Shown here piece by piece: positions 8,559 to 18,376 of a DNA stretch of 64,000 nt. The stretch lies in IMG/VR virus record IMGVR_UViG_3300021255_004427, positions 128,001 through 192,000 of that record; one strand, given 5' to 3'. The notes beneath the pieces were generated by a model, which worked only from the letters and a program-made list of their open reading frames with translations, ran no database searches and had not been told where the DNA came from. Positions within the stretch are counted from its first letter, which is position 1, and every line of letters begins with the position of its first letter. Position numbers and translations under genes: made by a program. The DNA is from a virus (Duplodnaviria > Caudoviricetes).

Positions 8559-9116
8559 ATGAATAAAACAAAAATCGGTGCAATTGTAATAACTGTATTA
8601 CTGGCATTATTTCTTGTGGGGAATTTTAACTCCCTCACCAATAAGGATGTAGAGGTTCAGACGGCGGCAGCACAGATTGATGTGCAGCTGCAGCGCCGTG
8701 CAGAACTTATCCCAAATCTCGTAAACACGGTTAAGGGATATGCTTCTCACGAAAAAGAAACGCTGACGGCTATTACAGAAGCTCGTGCAAAGTTGCAAGA
8801 CCCGAATGCTACGCTTAAAGATAAAGCACATGCAGATGGTGAACTCACCAGTGCTCTTAATCGGCTGATGATGGTACAGGAAAATTACCCGAACCTCAAG
8901 GCAGATGCACACTTCACTGAACTTATGCGTGAGCTTGCTGGTACGGAAAACCGCGTAACAGTAGCCCGCACCCGTTATAATAAAGCGGTGGCAGAATACA
9001 ACACTTCTGTTCGCACTTTCCCTGGTAATATTTGCGCCGGCGTTTTTGGATTCTATCAGGCCGAGCCGATTGAAGCAACGGAAGCTGAAAAGAAGAATCC
9101 CGAAGTTAAATTCTAA
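8559..9116 (+). CDS. lemA: LemA family protein
   Basis: N-terminal TM helix, QLQRRAELIPNLVNTVKGYASHE, ENYPNLKAD, ENRVTVARTRYN, FPGN. Confidence 0.95.
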   Translation: MNKTKIGAIVITVLLALFLVGNFNSLTNKDVEVQTAAAQIDVQLQRRAELIPNLVNTVKGYASHEKETLTAITEARAKLQDPNATLKDKAHADGELTSALNRLMMVQENYPNLKADAHFTELMRELAGTENRVTVARTRYNKAVAEYNTSVRTFPGNICAGVFGFYQAEPIEATEAEKKNPEVKF

Positions 9117-9140
9117 ACCCATTGAAGGTGGCGAGATAAT

Positions 9141-10016
9141 ATGCGAAAAGAGATTATAAGCGCCATTCTTGTGGCTATCGCGTTAATTGTGATGGCCACA
9201 GGTGGCTCTTTTTGTCAGGCAGGCTCTATCCATGATGAAGCACCCGCCCGCCTTGTCGATACGACAAAGACGCTGACGGTAGAAGAAAAAGCCAAGATTA
9301 ACGACCAGCTCGAAGCACTCCATAATGCAGGGAAGGCCGAAATGGTTGTTGTCATGGTTCCCGACCTTGAAGGAAAAACCGTGGAGGAATTCTCCATGGA
9401 TATTGCAGAACGCTGGAAGGTCGGGAAAAAGGGAGAAGATAACGGCCTCCTTCTTGTGATTGCAAAAGATGAACACAAAATGCGTCTTGAGGTTGGCCGT
9501 GGTCTGGAAGGAAGTATTACAGATGGTATGGCCGGCGAAATAATCGACCGGATGAAACCACAGCTCCGAAACAATGATTTCGCAGGAGCAATCCTTAGTG
9601 CAACAGCAGATGTGGAATTAAAGATTGACGGCAAGGAAATCGAGCATAAAGGTGTAGATGGCCTTATCGATACGATATGCGATATTATCATTGTGCTCGC
9701 TTGCATTTATGCAGTGCTGATTTTCTTTACATGGTTGTACGAGGCACATAGAGCGAAATATCGGTACGGATTTATTAACAAAAGCTACGCTTATCGCTTC
9801 TTCTCGATTACCGTGTTCCTGTGGGCTGTTGAAAGCGTTTTTGAAGCAACGTTCGATATACTTATCACCATACCGCTCGATTGCTTAGGCGGTGAAAGTA
9901 GCGGCGGATATTCCGGCGGCTCAAGCTCATTTGATTCAGGCAGCTCATTTGATTCGGGCGGCTCATTTGATTCGGGCGGCTCATTTGATGGCGGCGGCTC
10001 TTCCGGTGATTGGTAA
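9141..10016 (+). CDS. TPM-domain (YgcG/DUF477-like) membrane protein
   Basis: Signal peptide, WKVGKKGEDNGLLLVIA...RLEVGRGLEG.ITD, TM helices, Gly/Ser tail ending GGGSSGDW. Usual LemA operon partner. Confidence 0.9.
   Translation: MRKEIISAILVAIALIVMATGGSFCQAGSIHDEAPARLVDTTKTLTVEEKAKINDQLEALHNAGKAEMVVVMVPDLEGKTVEEFSMDIAERWKVGKKGEDNGLLLVIAKDEHKMRLEVGRGLEGSITDGMAGEIIDRMKPQLRNNDFAGAILSATADVELKIDGKEIEHKGVDGLIDTICDIIIVLACIYAVLIFFTWLYEAHRAKYRYGFINKSYAYRFFSITVFLWAVESVFEATFDILITIPLDCLGGESSGGYSGGSSSFDSGSSFDSGGSFDSGGSFDGGGSSGDW
9924..9995 (+). repeat. In-frame tandem repeat, 4 x 18 bp
   Basis: (a/g)gctcatttgattc(a/g)ggc units encoding (S/G)SFD(S/G)G. Confidence 0.9.
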
Positions 10017-10027
10017 AACGTATTTTG

Positions 10028-10054
10028 TAGAGGGCGAAAAGCCCTCTATTTTTT
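10028..10054 (+). terminator. Intrinsic terminator
   Basis: tagagggc-gaaaa-gccctcta followed by T6. Confidence 0.9.
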
Positions 10055-10066
10055 CCCTCTAAACTC

Positions 10067-10105
10067 TTGACTTTTTATCTTGATAGGTGTATACTTTAAT
10101 CAAGA
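10067..10105 (+). promoter_or_regulatory. SigA promoter with an overlapping inverted repeat
   Basis: TTGACT(10067)-17 bp-TATACT(10090) with the TG extension. tcttgat...atcaaga arms flank the -10 box. Confidence 0.8.
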
Positions 10106-10121
10106 AAGGAGATGAAGGGTA

Positions 10122-10529
10122 TTGAGAGATGGACATTACACCAAGGCCGACATAACCGAATTGAATGTATATAAAGAACCCGGTCGGGTGCAAGTCGCGG
10201 TTGCAACATTAAAAAACGGCGCAAAAATATTGAGTAATGGTTTTGATATCGAAATAACCGAAAATCCAAAAGCCTTTAGTGAAAAACAGGTCTATACGAA
10301 CTATAAAAAATGCAAAGTTCCAGACCTGTACGCTACAGTAGCAGAAATTGTCTATAAAAAGGCGTATGGGCACGGTGGTTATCGACCTGGCGCCGGCAGG
10401 AAAAAAGACGAGAGTAAAGCGGAACGGTCTCCACGCACGTTTAGACTGACAGGTATAGAATACCAGAAAGTAAAAACGTTCATTGAAGAGATGCGCAAGG
10501 AAGGCAAGGAAAGTGAGGAAGAGTCATGA
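10122..10529 (+). CDS. Putative DNA-binding protein
   Basis: GHGGYRPGAGRK motif followed by a ribbon-helix-like RTFRLT..EY..VK.FI segment. Confidence 0.65.
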   Translation: MRDGHYTKADITELNVYKEPGRVQVAVATLKNGAKILSNGFDIEITENPKAFSEKQVYTNYKKCKVPDLYATVAEIVYKKAYGHGGYRPGAGRKKDESKAERSPRTFRLTGIEYQKVKTFIEEMRKEGKESEEES

Positions 10530-11125
10530 GGATTTTAGCGAAGATATTGTTTTCCGTAACAATTGGTCTGGCGATTATCTTATCATCTGTATCGGTAAGC
10601 GAAGCTAAGTATATGGGGATAGTTTTTAAGCAGGATGCAAAAGGCTTCACGTTTAATACCGCTAGTAATAGAGAGTGGCTAAAGAATCATATCCAAAGCA
10701 AACTTAAAGAGCACGGCGAGTATTGGACAATTGAATGGAAAGACGCAAATAGTTTGACCGGATGGCAGTATACTGACGAACTGGCCAGAGCTGCAGCGAA
10801 TTGGGATCCAAACGCTTACGGACTTGTTGTTATTATAGATGAATGCTTCATTAATCATACGGACTTTAGTCATTGGCGCACGGGCCATGTTGACCTAAAG
10901 GACCCGTTCGTGGGTGTAAATCTTTGGCTTTATCGTGGTGACGGCGAGCCGGTGCATCTTGCAGGATGCAGCAAACACCTGACAAACAGGCAGGAGAGCG
11001 ACGAAAAGCTATTCAATTATCTTTTCCGCAAATGCTCTGTGCAGAACTGGGATGATTTCATTATGAAAACACTTTTCCCCGTTCAGGAAAAACCAAAAGG
11101 GAATTACTTTGAAGACTATATGTAA
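10526..11125 (+). CDS. Exported hypothetical protein
   Basis: Signal peptide ending SEA, ATGA coupling to the upstream gene. Confidence 0.7.
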   Translation: MRILAKILFSVTIGLAIILSSVSVSEAKYMGIVFKQDAKGFTFNTASNREWLKNHIQSKLKEHGEYWTIEWKDANSLTGWQYTDELARAAANWDPNAYGLVVIIDECFINHTDFSHWRTGHVDLKDPFVGVNLWLYRGDGEPVHLAGCSKHLTNRQESDEKLFNYLFRKCSVQNWDDFIMKTLFPVQEKPKGNYFEDYM

Positions 11126-11127
11126 GG

Positions 11128-12870
11128 ATGTGGATAGATTTGGTTAACAAATATATAAAGAGAACCCCACCGGAAAGCGCAGGTTTTACATTGCAGGATG
11201 TGCAGGAAATTTCTGCAGAGAGCAATATCCCGCAGGTATTAGTGGCTGCTCTGGCCAACAGAGGGTTTTCTCCAAAGGAGGCTAGAGATATTCTTCTGCA
11301 GGATATTCCTGCGGAAGAACTAATCTCAAAGCCGTTAAATGGGGCTGAAAAAGCCGCAGATGGAATTCTTGCCCATATAAACAGGGGCGATGCTATAGGA
11401 ATTTTTGCTGACTATGATTGCGACGGCGTAACTTCCGGCTTCGTGATGTACGAGGGCCTTAATGAAATAATAAAACACCTTGACTCGGCAAGTAAGGTTG
11501 GCGTATACTATCCTCAAAGAAGTGAAGGGTATGGTCTTAATATTGAATATTGTAAGAAGGCTGTAGCCAATAAGGTAGGGCTTGTAGTAACTGTAGATAA
11601 TGGCATTACAGTAAAAGAGCAATGTGCCTTCTTACAAGAAAATGGTGTCGATATTGTTGTAACCGACCATCATGAGCCAATTAAAACAAAGCTTCCTGAT
11701 TGCACAATCGTAGATCCGTGTTATTCTGATACTGACCGCAGCTATATGGCGGGTGTCGCAGTCGCCTTTAACGTAATCCAGACTATGGCAAACAAAGTAA
11801 ATTGCAAGTTGGATACGGGCAGACTCTATCCGGCAGTAGCTATCGGAACTATCTCAGACTGCATGCCGATGTGCTATGAAAATTCAGCTTATGTAAAAAT
11901 CGGCCTCGGATTAATCAATAAAGGCGAAGCGGGAAAATTCCTCGCAATGATTAAGGGAGATAATCCCTTAACCTATACACCTACTGACATATCTTTTACA
12001 ATTGCGCCCATGATAAATGCCGCTTCCCGCATGGGGGATACAAGAATCGGCGCGGTTGGTTTTATTTCCGATGACGACAAAGTAATTTCGTCAGCAATAA
12101 GCAGTTTGCAGGAACTTAACAAAAATCGTAAAGACGTAACCGATATGGCAAGAAAAGCGGTGTCACATCTGGATCCGGGAGAAAACAAAATCGTTTGCTT
12201 CGATGGCAAAGATTTTGGTAAGGGGGTTCACGGCATTATCGCTGGCGAAATCTCTAAACGCTTTGTCGACTACCCTGCATTTGTTTATATAGTAAAGGAA
12301 GCCAACGGGAAAAAGGTCATGGCCGGGTCTATCCGTTGTGGTAATCCCGGAGTCAATTGCATAGAGATATTTAATAAGCTTAAGAAGCAGGGCGTCGTTA
12401 AGATGGTGGCAGGACATTCCTCCGCATGTGTTCTGGAAGTCTATTCAGACCGAAAAGAGGAGTTCCTTGCAGGATTCAACTCTCTGTACAGCTCAATGGA
12501 AATTCCGCCCGCAATAATGGGATTGGACGCATCCTTAACCATAAAACAGGCAACGGACAACGCGACGCTTATTGCGCTCAATAAAATTCCATTCACTGTA
12601 CAAGAAGAACCACTCTTCGGCATCTCCAATGTAATGATTAATGAGGTGTACAGATCCAGAAACAATCCGGACAATATCCGCTTCACGTTGGCAGATAATA
12701 CCGGCTATAAACAGGCTTGGGCCTGGAAGTTTGCTTCCCGCTACAAAGAACTCGGTGAACCCAACGAAGTACACCTTGTATGTACGATAACTCAGGACTT
12801 TATGAACAAACGCTCGCCTAAGGCTGCGATTAAGATAGTGGATATGATTCCGGTCAAAAGAACGGCTTAA
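11128..12870 (+). CDS. recJ: RecJ-like ssDNA exonuclease (DHH family)
   Basis: DYDCDG, EGYG, TVDNG, TDHH, GTISD, P.INAASRM, GSIR and AGH motifs. Confidence 0.93.
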   Translation: MWIDLVNKYIKRTPPESAGFTLQDVQEISAESNIPQVLVAALANRGFSPKEARDILLQDIPAEELISKPLNGAEKAADGILAHINRGDAIGIFADYDCDGVTSGFVMYEGLNEIIKHLDSASKVGVYYPQRSEGYGLNIEYCKKAVANKVGLVVTVDNGITVKEQCAFLQENGVDIVVTDHHEPIKTKLPDCTIVDPCYSDTDRSYMAGVAVAFNVIQTMANKVNCKLDTGRLYPAVAIGTISDCMPMCYENSAYVKIGLGLINKGEAGKFLAMIKGDNPLTYTPTDISFTIAPMINAASRMGDTRIGAVGFISDDDKVISSAISSLQELNKNRKDVTDMARKAVSHLDPGENKIVCFDGKDFGKGVHGIIAGEISKRFVDYPAFVYIVKEANGKKVMAGSIRCGNPGVNCIEIFNKLKKQGVVKMVAGHSSACVLEVYSDRKEEFLAGFNSLYSSMEIPPAIMGLDASLTIKQATDNATLIALNKIPFTVQEEPLFGISNVMINEVYRSRNNPDNIRFTLADNTGYKQAWAWKFASRYKELGEPNEVHLVCTITQDFMNKRSPKAAIKIVDMIPVKRTA

Positions 12871-12899
12871 TATCCGGAAAAACTAAGGGGGATATTATT

Positions 12900-15800
12900 T
12901 TGGCACTAAATGAATTAATTTGCGAAATAGCAGGAGAAGATCCGCGTAAGGAGATTGCCGCTCAGTTTGCGGGCGGCAATGCAGATTTTGTTCACTGCCA
13001 CCTGCATACAATTTATTCAACACTCGATGGTTTGTGTAAGCCGGATGTACTTGCAAAACGAGCAAAAGAACTGGGGTTCAAAGCTGTTGCTGTAACAGAC
13101 CACGGTCATAGTGGTGGGGCGCTGGCCTTCCAACAGGCGATGAAAAAGCAGGGAATTAAATCTCTGCTTGGGGCAGAGCTGTACTACACGCCGGATATGA
13201 AAATTGCGGCCATGGAAAAAGAAGACCGTGATGCCTGGGCTTTGCGTGAACTTCTTAAAGATAAAGAAGCAAGATGTATTTGCAACTGGGACATCACCAA
13301 GAAAAAAAGTGATAGAAAATCCAGGGACGAATATATGGCAATGCTTCTTGAAACTATCGAAGACCAGACACAGCGCGACATCAAAAACGTTACGATTGAA
13401 AATATACGCAAGGTGTTTGGTAAAGATGAGATGTCCGCATTCAAGCGTCTTAACAAAGACATCTTTGATGAGTTTGCCTATGATATGCGCCAGTATCATT
13501 TAATCGTGATTGCCATGAACCAGACAGGCTGGAAAAATCTGGTAGCTATCCAGTCGATTGCTTCCAGAGAGTGCCAGTATAATAACCGCGCGCTGACTGA
13601 TCTCAATCTCCTGAAGAAATATAACGAGGGCCTTATCATCTGTACAGCATGTGTCGGATCGATCTTCAGTCGTTATGTGCAAAAGCGCAGACCTGACCTT
13701 GCAGAAGAGGCGCTGCTCGAATTTAAGGAAGTATTCGGCGACAGATTTTATCTCGAAATCCAGCCCATAACCATTCCGCAGCAGATGATGACAAACCCCT
13801 TCTATATGGAAATGGCCAAGAAGCACGACATTAAGACCATCGCCACAACCGATACGCATTACGTTTTTAAGGAAGATCACGAAGTTCATGATGCTTATAT
13901 GTGTATCAGCACAGGTCGTTATCTGGACGATACAATCGATAGAGAGCGCTGGGAAGCCGCGCATAAAAGCGGAAAATCAGAATACAAGGAACGTATGAAG
14001 TATACCAACGACTATTGGTTCCGCGATGTAAACGAAATGATAGATGCCTTCTTAACTCAAGAAGACTATGGTAAAAACTTCTTCTCTGAAGAAAATAAAC
14101 TGTCTATCGAAGAATATCGCAGATACTGGATTGCTGCTATGAAAGAAACGGTAAGCTTAGCAAATCGCGTTGAAGATAACATTCTTATCGGTTCGGCGAC
14201 AACACTTTATCCAAAAGTTAAAAACATCCCCCAAGGTTTTACCTCTGATAGCTGGCTCACCGCACAGGCTGTAAATGGTTTGGTAAAATATGCCGACAAG
14301 ATGAAGAAGGCCGGCACGCCAATCGACTTCAAGGCTTATTCTGACCGTCTTTTTGATGAATTGGCCGTTATTAAGACAAAGCATTATGCAGACTACTTCC
14401 TTGGTGTTCAGGAATACACCAACTGGGCTAACTCTATTAATCCAGAGACTGGTTTGCCGTTCTGCTGTTCGGGGCCGGGAAGAGGATCTGCCGGGGCAAG
14501 CCTGGTACTGTTCTGTATCGGTATCACCCACAATATAGACCCTGTAAAATACGACTTAATGTTTTCTCGTTTTCTAACCATGGATAGAAACGAGCCGCCA
14601 GATATCGATTTGGATTTTAGCTGGAAACACCGGCCACTTGTTATCCACCATCTTGAAGAAGTATACGGCGAAGACCATGTGTGTCATATTGGTGCATGGA
14701 CAACAGAATCTATCTATACAGGCATTAAAGACTTTGCGCGCGTACTTGCAAAACCGGTAAGCGTCGCAGATAAAATCAATAAAGAGCTGCAGGCGATTTG
14801 CAACAAAGATCCTAAAGCATGTTTCAAGATGTTCGATGACATGAAGGAGTCCAATCCTGATGGGTATAAACGTTTTAAGGCTCTTGAGGAAAGCGAACCG
14901 CAAGTGTTTAAATATGCAAGACAATGCGAAGGTGTTATCCGCCAATGGACAACTCACGCATCTGGCGTTATTGCATGTCCGGAAACCCTTATCGGCTTAA
15001 TTCCTACTAGATATGATAAGAGCGAAAATACCACAGTTGCCTTGTTTAGCGGAGTGGAATGTGAAAAAGCTGGGCTTATCAAATTTGATGTCCTTGGTCT
15101 AAAGACGCTTGATATTGTAGAAGGGACATTATTATCCATCGGCAAGGATTTCGAATGGCTTTATAATACTGTTACAATGGACGATAAGAAAGCTTTTAAG
15201 ATGATTTGTGAAGGCAAGACGGAAGCCATGTTCCAAATTGAGTCCGATATGATGAAGGGGCTGGTAAAAAACATTCAGCCAACAAGCATAGAAGACCTTT
15301 CCGCTCTTGTGGCGATCGGTCGACCGGGGCCACTATCAGTAGGTGTAGATAAAGACTATGCCGATTGGAAAAAGCACCCTGAAAATATAAAAGAATATTT
15401 GCCAAATATTCAAGATTTTCTTGTCCGTTCTCATGGAACAATTGTCTACCAAGAACAGTTGATGCAGATATCTATGCGCTGTTTTGGTTTTAATCAGGCC
15501 CAGTCCGATAGCATAATGAGGAAAATTTTGGGCAAGAAAAAGGTAGAGCAGCTTCCTATGCTACGCCGCATTATGATATATGGAATGAAATCCGGCAAGG
15601 GGCCGGACGGATGGAGAGAAAATGAAGATTCTGTATGGTATGACGAAGATGGCCATTATGGTGATCCGATTTGTGGCGGCATTGCATTGGGGTATAATAA
15701 AGAACAAATCGAAAAGTTCTTTAATGATATCCAAGGGTTTGCCTCATATTGTTTTAACCTTGGGCACTCGTTGGCGTATGGGTATATCGCACTACTTTCT

Positions 15801-16661
15801 GCATACCTTAAAGCACACTATCCGTCCCAGTTTATGGCCTCTGTAATCTCTATGGCCAACGACGACGACAAGAAAGAGAAGTACATGAAGACTTGTGAAG
15901 ACCTCGGTATCAAAATCACACCGCCGGATGTCAATCTCTCTAAAGAAGGCTTTACTGCAACGAGCGACAAAACTATCTCCTATGGTCTTTCCTCTATAAA
16001 AGGAATTAAACAGACAGCAGATATTATTGCCAATGCGCCTTATAAAGACCTCAAAGATGCGTACGAGCGTATTCCGAAGAAGTCCTTTAATAAGAAAGTG
16101 GCGGAAGGGTTAATCAAGGCCGGCGCCTTTGATTTTGCGAATAAAAACCGAAAAGAGCTTCTGAACGAATATATCACGCTTTCCAATCAGGGAAAGACGA
16201 AGAGCCAGCAGCGTGAGCTTTTGGAAAACACCACGTACGACAAAATGGATTGTATGCAGATGGAAGTAGAAACGCTTGGCCGTTCTATCACATACGAACC
16301 TGCATGGAAAGGCGCTCTTGCCGGGGAACGTCTCTCTGGTAATTGCACACTCAAGAGCATTAAGCACCATATTACAAAATCTACCAAGAAACGTATGGCC
16401 ATGCTCACTGTAATCAATGAGACTTATGCGATTGAAGCGTTGCTTTTCCCGAAAGAATATCCTAAATACGTTAATCTCTTGAATAACTACGAGGATGGAC
16501 AACTGGTGTATATTGAAGGTGCGATGGATAAAGAAGGCAAGAAGCTCATTATCAATAGCATCAGCGCACCGCAGATTGAGAATCAGGAGCCGGAAAAAGC
16601 TGTTAACAATACCGGCATGCCAGTATTCAACTTTGACCCATTCGACTTCAATGCTGCGTAA
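12900..16661 (+). CDS. dnaE: DNA polymerase III alpha subunit (family C, DnaE) with PHP domain
   Basis: HCHLHT.YS.LDG, TDHG, GPGRGSAG.SLV, PPDIDLDF, HASGV, KFDVLGL, YQEQLMQ, FN..H..AY and a C-terminal OB fold. Confidence 0.96.
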   Translation: MALNELICEIAGEDPRKEIAAQFAGGNADFVHCHLHTIYSTLDGLCKPDVLAKRAKELGFKAVAVTDHGHSGGALAFQQAMKKQGIKSLLGAELYYTPDMKIAAMEKEDRDAWALRELLKDKEARCICNWDITKKKSDRKSRDEYMAMLLETIEDQTQRDIKNVTIENIRKVFGKDEMSAFKRLNKDIFDEFAYDMRQYHLIVIAMNQTGWKNLVAIQSIASRECQYNNRALTDLNLLKKYNEGLIICTACVGSIFSRYVQKRRPDLAEEALLEFKEVFGDRFYLEIQPITIPQQMMTNPFYMEMAKKHDIKTIATTDTHYVFKEDHEVHDAYMCISTGRYLDDTIDRERWEAAHKSGKSEYKERMKYTNDYWFRDVNEMIDAFLTQEDYGKNFFSEENKLSIEEYRRYWIAAMKETVSLANRVEDNILIGSATTLYPKVKNIPQGFTSDSWLTAQAVNGLVKYADKMKKAGTPIDFKAYSDRLFDELAVIKTKHYADYFLGVQEYTNWANSINPETGLPFCCSGPGRGSAGASLVLFCIGITHNIDPVKYDLMFSRFLTMDRNEPPDIDLDFSWKHRPLVIHHLEEVYGEDHVCHIGAWTTESIYTGIKDFARVLAKPVSVADKINKELQAICNKDPKACFKMFDDMKESNPDGYKRFKALEESEPQVFKYARQCEGVIRQWTTHASGVIACPETLIGLIPTRYDKSENTTVALFSGVECEKAGLIKFDVLGLKTLDIVEGTLLSIGKDFEWLYNTVTMDDKKAFKMICEGKTEAMFQIESDMMKGLVKNIQPTSIEDLSALVAIGRPGPLSVGVDKDYADWKKHPENIKEYLPNIQDFLVRSHGTIVYQEQLMQISMRCFGFNQAQSDSIMRKILGKKKVEQLPMLRRIMIYGMKSGKGPDGWRENEDSVWYDEDGHYGDPICGGIALGYNKEQIEKFFNDIQGFASYCFNLGHSLAYGYIALLSAYLKAHYPSQFMASVISMANDDDKKEKYMKTCEDLGIKITPPDVNLSKEGFTATSDKTISYGLSSIKGIKQTADIIANAPYKDLKDAYERIPKKSFNKKVAEGLIKAGAFDFANKNRKELLNEYITLSNQGKTKSQQRELLENTTYDKMDCMQMEVETLGRSITYEPAWKGALAGERLSGNCTLKSIKHHITKSTKKRMAMLTVINETYAIEALLFPKEYPKYVNLLNNYEDGQLVYIEGAMDKEGKKLIINSISAPQIENQEPEKAVNNTGMPVFNFDPFDFNAA

Positions 16662-16675
16662 TCGCCTCAAAAGCA

Positions 16676-16683
16676 GGTAATAT
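16676..16683 (+). promoter_or_regulatory. Putative phage late-promoter -10 element GGTAATAT
   Basis: The same (G/C)GTAAT(A/G)T motif occurs in intergenic DNA at 17072, 17382, 20643, 32579, 34086, 37015 and 41302. Confidence 0.55.
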
Positions 16684-16730
16684 AGGAATCGTACCCGTCA
16701 AGTTAACCTGTCTAGCAGAAAGGAAAATGC

Positions 16731-17012
16731 ATGATGGAAAAAACGAATCAGGTAACGATTCAGAAATCTATCGAAGCTTCTCTCAAGGTTCTTGAGACTG
16801 TAGGTGACCCCACGGTTGTGAGTGAAGCCAAGAAGATTGAGGCGAATGTCAACAAAATGGTTGATATTAACCGCCCGATGGTAGAGGCTTACGCTGAAGA
16901 GCTGAAAGCTTTTGACCAGAGCCTTGTTGCTAAGTATGGCATGAAGGCGGCCCGTGTTATTGAAGCTGCAATTCTTGTAGCACTGGCAGTAAAAAATTTT
17001 TATCTGGGCTGA
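16731..17012 (+). CDS. Hypothetical protein with a C-terminal hydrophobic helix
   Basis: AAAGGA RBS, 93 aa, followed by a terminator. Confidence 0.75.
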   Translation: MMEKTNQVTIQKSIEASLKVLETVGDPTVVSEAKKIEANVNKMVDINRPMVEAYAEELKAFDQSLVAKYGMKAARVIEAAILVALAVKNFYLG

Positions 17013-17028
17013 TCTGCCCAAAGAAACC

Positions 17029-17053
17029 AGACCGGAGCAATCCGGTCTTTTTT
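17029..17053 (+). terminator. Intrinsic terminator
   Basis: agaccgga-gcaa-tccggtct followed by a T-run. Confidence 0.9.
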
Positions 17054-17101
17054 CTATGCTGCAAAACGGGCGGTAATATCTGATAGAAAGGCGGTGGGAA
17101 A

Positions 17102-17323
17102 ATGAGGCCAACAATTCTTAGTGATAACCCATATATCCGTGAGAACCGAGAACTGATTAACAGAATTCGCGAGATTTGCCATGCGGGCGGCGATACGGGG
17201 CGCGCTCTTTATGAACAGATTCCGGAATTTGAACACAGTGAGGGACCGAACGGCGAATGGATATACTTAAAACCCGTCAAGGACGGTTTTTATGGGTGGG
17301 CTATTCCGGACTGGGGAGAATAA
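17102..17323 (+). CDS. Hypothetical protein
   Basis: 73 aa ORF with RBS, preceded by GGTAATAT. Confidence 0.65.
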   Translation: MRPTILSDNPYIRENRELINRIREICHAGGDTGRALYEQIPEFEHSEGPNGEWIYLKPVKDGFYGWAIPDWGE

Positions 17324-17453
17324 TTTGTAGCAATTTTCCAGAAAAACTTTTATCAGCCATGTTTATATGGAAAAGACCTTCCGTAATGTCGGTGTGAGAT
17401 TGAGCAAAACAGTATACTTCTCTTTCTAACGCATCTTCACTTACAGGAAAGAG

Positions 17454-17729
17454 GTGGCAAAAGTTTTGTTTAAGCAACTTCTTAAAATGCTTTTTTGTGA
17501 AAACGAAGAAGCTAGTTTGTCCAAGGTGCTTACGGCCTTATATTTTTTGCTGTTTGCGGGCGTAAGCATCTATCTCGTAGTCTTCAATATTCATTGGCAG
17601 AGCTATGAGATTTTCGCAGCCTTTGCCGGCGGTGGTGGCGCTGTTGCACAGGTTTCGCACAAATTCATAAACAGCAAGTACAATTCGGTTCCGGGCGGTT
17701 TTGAGTCGAATCAGGTCGACCGGAAGTAA
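17454..17729 (+). CDS. Holin-like small membrane protein
   Basis: 91 aa with two hydrophobic segments and a charged C-terminus. Confidence 0.55.
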   Translation: MAKVLFKQLLKMLFCENEEASLSKVLTALYFLLFAGVSIYLVVFNIHWQSYEIFAAFAGGGGAVAQVSHKFINSKYNSVPGGFESNQVDRK

Positions 17730-17748
17730 ACCGAGAAGGATTTTTAAC

Positions 17749-18147
17749 ATGAGAACTGAATTTTGGAATGAGCTCGAAGAAATCGCGCTCGAAGCCAAGG
17801 AAGCTCTCTGGTGTCAGGCTGAGACGGAAGATGTGGATATTACAATCAGCGTCTTCCGTCAAAGTACTATTTTTGAAGACTATCATATTGTAATCGATGA
17901 AGAAGCGAAGCTTATCGTCGTGGACGAGAACTTTAAAAACAGTGGCGCCGATATTCGAGTGGCAGTCATATCTGACCATGGCGATATTAACGAAGACCAG
18001 ATGCAGACATTGGCTGGGGCACTCGCCGTACTGGTAGATGTGCTCGATATTGAATTTGACGATGGGCATATTTTCCTGCCAGACTGTTTATCTACGGAAG
18101 AAGTTCTGGAGATAACAGAATGGTATTTGGAAAATGGTTTTGAATAA
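17749..18147 (+). CDS. Acidic, catalytically degenerate paralog of the amidase endolysin at 41362
   Basis: Collinear similarity blocks with 41362..41976 (see findings). Catalytic His motifs are absent. ATG at 17749 behind AAGGA. Confidence 0.7.
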   Translation: MRTEFWNELEEIALEAKEALWCQAETEDVDITISVFRQSTIFEDYHIVIDEEAKLIVVDENFKNSGADIRVAVISDHGDINEDQMQTLAGALAVLVDVLDIEFDDGHIFLPDCLSTEEVLEITEWYLENGFE

Positions 18148-18170
18148 GCCGCTTTTTGGAGGGGCACATA

Positions 18171-18368
18171 ATGGCAGTAAAAACGATTGAGGTTGTAAGC
18201 GACCGCCCGCTTAGCTCCGTAGAAATGGCAAAGATCCAGGGTATCCTGGTAGAATCAAAATGCGAATACGAATCTCTCAGAAACTCTATTGATGGAGTAA
18301 CCGGTTTTGACGGCGGAGTAATTACAATCGGCTCCGGCATTGGCTACAGATCATATATTGAAGTTTGA
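18171..18368 (+). CDS. Hypothetical protein
   Basis: GGAGG RBS, ATG at 18171, 65 aa. Confidence 0.65.
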   Translation: MAVKTIEVVSDRPLSSVEMAKIQGILVESKCEYESLRNSIDGVTGFDGGVITIGSGIGYRSYIEV

Positions 18369-18376
18369 GAGCATAC

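Noticed and set aside
13190-13490. Intein or intron in dnaE
   Set aside because: The frame is continuous, and the insert has no C/S start, HN end or LAGLIDADG motif.
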